64,000 bases of DNA from the human T2T-CHM13v2.0 reference genome, Homo sapiens. The position numbers were made by a program, and so were the translations under genes. Location: the NCBI RefSeq assembly GCF_009914755.1, contig NC_060929.1; one strand, 5' to 3'. The notes beneath the pieces are model-generated. The model saw only the letters and a list, made by a program, of their open reading frames with translations, was not told where the DNA came from and ran no database searches. This document shows positions 59,600 to 64,000 of the stretch, piece after piece (positions within the stretch are counted from its first letter, which is position 1; each line of letters opens with the position of its first letter).

Positions 59600-61919
59600 C
59601 TGAATTCAATTACTGCAATGTGTTTTCTACACAGCCCAGTTTTCAATCAAAAATTAGTAAATGACTAGACATTCAAAAAACACAAAAGCATTATCCATAT
59701 TCAGGAAAATACCACAAGCTATGAAAACAGACTAATACTGTATCCAACTGTTAGATACAGCAAAGACTTCAGGACAGACTTTATCAATATGTTAAAAGAA
59801 CTAAAGGAAAATATTGTATTAATGAGCAAACCAATAAGGAATCTAACAGAGAAACTGAAACTATAAAAATAAACAAAATGAAAAATTTTAGAGATGAAAG
59901 TACAATATCTGACATGGAAAATTCATAAATACCAAATTTAGATGACAGAATCATCAGTGAACATGAAGATAGATCAACAGAAATTAGCCAATTTAATGAA
60001 CAGATAGAAGATTTAAAAAAATGGGTCATGTTTCATAAACCTGTTGGAAACTATTGAAACATTAATAAAACACCTAAGTGCAGTCCTATCAGGACAGTAT
60101 AGAAAAAGAAGTGAAAAAAACTTTTGAAGAAATAATTGTTGCAAATTTTGTAAGTGGAAAACATTATGTTGCTGACTGATGCAAGAAGTGTCATTACCCT
60201 CATGTAAGATAAACATACATGCATCCAAACAGACACACACACAAAAACACACTTAGTCACATCATAATCAAAGTGCTAAAAGCTAAATATGAAAAGAAAA
60301 TCTTGACAGCAGCAAGAGGAAAAACAACTTATTATAGGAAAATAATGACATCCTAATCTGTTGTCTTCTAATTCAAAACAATATAGGCCATAAGATATTG
60401 GAATAAAGAAGTCAAAGTGCTAAACAACAACAAAAAAATCAGCCCAGAATTCAATATCCAGTGGAAATGAAGATTAAATGAAAGTATTTTTAATATGAAT
60501 AAAAACTGGGAAAAATATTTCTAGTAGACCCACACTATAGAAAAGAATGCTAGAAGAAGATTTTTAGGATGAAGAAAAATGACACCAGATGGTCATTCTG
60601 ATATATAAGAAATAAAACATACCAGAAATAGGAAATATGTGGGTACAAAATAAAGACTCTCTCTCTATATATATAATATATATTTCATGTATATAATATA
60701 TAATATACAATATGTATATATATAGTACACAGATATATAATATATAACATATTACCTATGAATGAATATGTAATATTTTATATATTACATATGAACATGT
60801 AATATATATTATACACGTAATATACATGTAATATATATTATACACGTAATATACATGTAATATATATTATACACGTAATATACATGTAATATATATTATA
60901 CACGTAATATACATGTAATATATATTATACACGTAATATACATGTAATATATATTATACACGTAATATACATGTAATATATATTATACACGTAATATACA
61001 TGTAATATATATTATACACGTAATATACATGTAATATATATTATACACGTAATATACATGTAATATATATTATACACGTAATATACATGTAATATATATT
61101 ATACACGTAATATACATGTAATATATATTATACACGTAATATACATGTAATATATATTATACACGTAATATACATGTAATATATATTATACACGTAATAT
61201 ACATGTAATATATATTATACACGTAATATACATGTAATATATATTATACACGTAATATACATGTAATATATATTATACACGTAATATATATGTAATATAT
61301 ATTATGTATTATATATATTTTATACATTATATTTTATATATTATATACAGGTAATATATTATACTATGTATTTTATATATAATATATAAATATATTACAT
61401 GTATTATGTATTTTATATATATTTATATATTTATGTCTACAAAGTTGCATAAACAGAGAAATAAAGAAAATAGAATATGAAAAATGATAAAAACAATGAA
61501 ATAAAGCTGAATGATAAATATTATAAACAACTTTATGATAATTCTATGACTTAGACGAAATGAACTAATTCTTTGAAAGATACAAATTCCTTCAAGGTTC
61601 AGTCAGGAAGAAATAGATAACTTAGCCCTATATCTACCAAAAAAAATTTAATTCTTAGGAAAACTCTAGGGCCAAATGAATTATCCGATGAATTTTATCA
61701 AATATTTACAGGAGAAGTAATACCGATCTTGTAAAAAAAAAAAAAAAAAAAATCTGTCAGAAAAATAGAGGAGGAAGCATTTCCCAATGTATTTTAAGGG
61801 GCTAGAATCACTGTGATACCAAAACAGGCAAAGATATCAAAGGTACATAAAACTACAAGCCAGTTTTCTCCAGGAACGGAGATATCAAAATCAACAAAAA
61901 TCGAATTGAAATCAGCAAT

Positions 61920-61920
<1 letters not shown>
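59600..61920 (+). mobile_element. Very old L1M fragments (ORF1-like and ORF2 pieces), interrupted by minisatellite
   Basis: cacatcataatcaaagtgctaaaagctaaatatgaaaagaaaatcttgacagcagcaagagg (ORF1-like); gatgaattttatcaaatatttacaggagaagtaataccgatc (ORF2-like). Confidence 0.7.
60795..61305. repeat. AT-rich minisatellite, 29-bp unit ACATGTAATATATATTATACACGTAATAT, 17 identical copies plus a partial copy
   Basis: Units start every 29 bp from 60795 (15th at 61201, 17th ends 61287). Confidence 0.96.

Positions 61921-61922
<2 letters not shown>

Positions 61923-61952
<30 letters not shown>
61923..61952. repeat. (CA)n microsatellite
   Basis: Seen directly. Confidence 0.95.
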
Positions 61953-61956
<4 letters not shown>

Positions 61957-62292
61957 GAAATGTACATATGCAAATGTATACTTATTTATATTTTTGCTTA
62001 CTTGAAAAATAAAATATTGCCTGATTTTTATATATCAATATATATGGTAATTTATATTACTCTACAGTAGCTAAACACTTTGAACAGAACACTTTATTCC
62101 CTGCATTTATGTAGCACTTAGCACATGATCACTACTTAATAACTTGAATTGAGCAATCAAAATCATTTACTGTTCAAATGTCCTTGTCAATATTCTCACC
62201 ACAAACACTCGCATACAAACATACCTATATACATACAAAGAACTAATATCCTGTGACCTTTGACATCTGCAACCTAAAACATATCTTCAAGA

Positions 62293-62936
62293 TTTTTTTT
62301 TTTTTGATAGCCAAGGTTATTTTTAGAAAACTGGTCTGGGAACCATAAAATTTATTCTTATACAATGCTAGCGTCCTTTCTACAATGGTAAAACACAGCC
62401 AGTTTTTATAAAGATAAAATGTTTATGTTTTCATTTAATAATACTTAAAATTTAGGCCGGCTCTGGCACCTCATGTCCTTCTAGGTCACAAGAGTGCACT
62501 GGTGAGTGGGCACTGGCCCGGTGGGCAGTGAGCCAGGCTCCTGCAGCAGCTGACTCCACAGCAACGCCCTTTTCCTGCTGGTACCAGAACCCAAGCTGTG
62601 CATGGTGGTAGATTGCCCACACCCAACTTAGTTCCCCAACCTGCTGAGGATGCCCGGGCCTGTGCCCTTGCACTTTGTGTGGCCATCGTGGCCAGTGCTG
62701 CCTCAGAGCCCTGGGAACAAAGCAGCACATGGCATGGAGAGTGGCAGAAGCCTGTTACTGCACTGGCTGTAGTGGACAGACAAGAAGCTCCTGCTGTCAG
62801 CCACCCAGGGCATCAAGTTGTGGCACGAGCTGCAGAGACCCATTGTGAAGAGCCTGGTGCCCACCAACTGCTGCCACTCCAGCTGTGTGGTGGAAACCAA
62901 GTTGGCAGCATTCAGCAGAAAGCCCTGCCATCTTCC
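62293..62936 (-). pseudogene. Candidate processed retrocopy of an unidentified short transcript
   Basis: T13 at 62293-62305 (poly-A on minus), AATAAC/AATAAA upstream, AT-rich 3' UTR-like block, then abrupt GC-rich block ending in GGAAGATGGC on minus; no clear TSD; parent not recognised. Confidence 0.6.
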
Positions 62937-63236
62937 ATGAGAACAGGCCCATATTAGCCTACTAGAGGAGGAGATACCACATGAAGAAGAACCCACGTGC
63001 TTTAGTTAACAGCCAGCTCACCCTTAGGAGAACCTGCTAGTGCACCAGCAGCTGACCACACATGCCAGAAGGAGCCCAGCTGACACCAGAAGAATAGCCC
63101 AACCGAGCCCAGCCTAAATTGCTGACCAGCTCAATCATGAGCTAATATGTTTTAGGTGGGTTGTCATGCGCTAACATGTGTTTTAGGTGGTTTGTTATGC
63201 ACTAACATGTTTTAGGTGGTTTGTTATGCACTAACA
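62937..63236 (+). mobile_element. MLT1 LTR 3' part with triplicated end
   Basis: gagcccagctgacaccagaagaatagcccaaccgagcccagcctaaattgctgacc...; three 29-31 bp units at 63142-63230. Confidence 0.72.
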
Positions 63237-63824
63237 CACACATACGTCTACTACAGACAGGATGCCAGGATTCAAAGAAAGGTTGATTCCTAGTTACCCG
63301 CGAAGAGTAGGCACCCTATAGGTTCTGATTTTCTTTTCCCCTTAAACTTGGATCTCTTGTTAGATGGTGTTGAGTTATATAGAAATGCATGTAGGCATGT
63401 ATGCATGTGACTGGTGTTTAAATTCACATAATCCCTCACACCACAGAAGGAAACAGGCAACCACAGTTTGACCATTAAGGTCAAGGCCAAATTACAAAAT
63501 AATAAGTTTGTCTTTAATCTATTCCCTTAGTATCTAAATGTTGGAGGTCAAGGCTGTGGACAGATCTGAAAACACAGGATTCCATCCTCCTGGAGCGCAT
63601 TGTCATTTGTTCACTGTCTTATCTCCAAAAGAAAGATGGGTAGCAGGTGGGCAGCAGTGGTCTACCTGTGGACACTTACTGCTTGCAGCCTCCTGCTCTC
63701 TCTAGGGTCACTACCTCTCCCAACAAGGGGCCTGAGGAGAGATGTTGGTAGGGAGGAGCTGTTCCCTCACCTCTGGAAGAAAAGGACCTCCCTGAGGCCA
63801 GGGGAGTCAGCGTCCTCAGAACTG

Positions 63825-64000
63825 CACTTTTATGTGGAAGCCACTGGCCATATGTGGCTACTGAGTATATGGAATGTGGCTGGTCTGAACTGAGATGTGC
63901 TGGGAAGGTAAAACAGAGCGTGTTTCAAAGTTTTAGCACCAAAAGTTATATATTTCATAAACAATTACATATTGATCATATATTAAAATGACAATACGTT
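63825..64000. mobile_element. MER33/MER3-like hAT-Charlie remnant (runs off window end)
   Basis: agccactggccatatgtggctactgagtatatggaatgtggctggtctgaactgagatgtgctg. Confidence 0.7.

Noticed and set aside
60795-61305. Regular 29-bp repeats resembling a CRISPR array
   Set aside because: Head-to-tail identical units with no unique spacers, no cas genes, primate context; it is a minisatellite

Overview
AT-rich primate (human-like) genomic DNA, intergenic or deep intronic. Much of the window is transposon-derived: Alu/FLAM, L1PA/PB/MA/MC, L2, MIR, MaLR/ERV LTRs (MST, THE1, MLT1, MLT2, MER41A-like) and Tigger3/MER DNA transposons. I find no intact cellular CDS, RNA gene or CRISPR array. The listed ORFs are L1/Alu fragments, microsatellite translations or chance ORFs. 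The most striking structure is a ~1.74 kb inverted duplication at 39897-41633 with ~590 bp arms. The outer 243 bp of the arms are identical and the inner part is ~95% identical. Its TA-rich spacer contains short exact copies of nearby sequence joined by microhomology, which is the footprint of replication template switching. Other items of note are an unidentified GC-rich retrocopy candidate (62293-62936), a 17 x 29 bp perfect AT-rich minisatellite, three 5'-inverted retroinsertions (one an Alu), and two tandem Alus sharing a triplicated target site. Repeat subfamily names come from my recall of consensus sequences, and boundaries of old elements are approximate. I see no convincing new multi-gene system.
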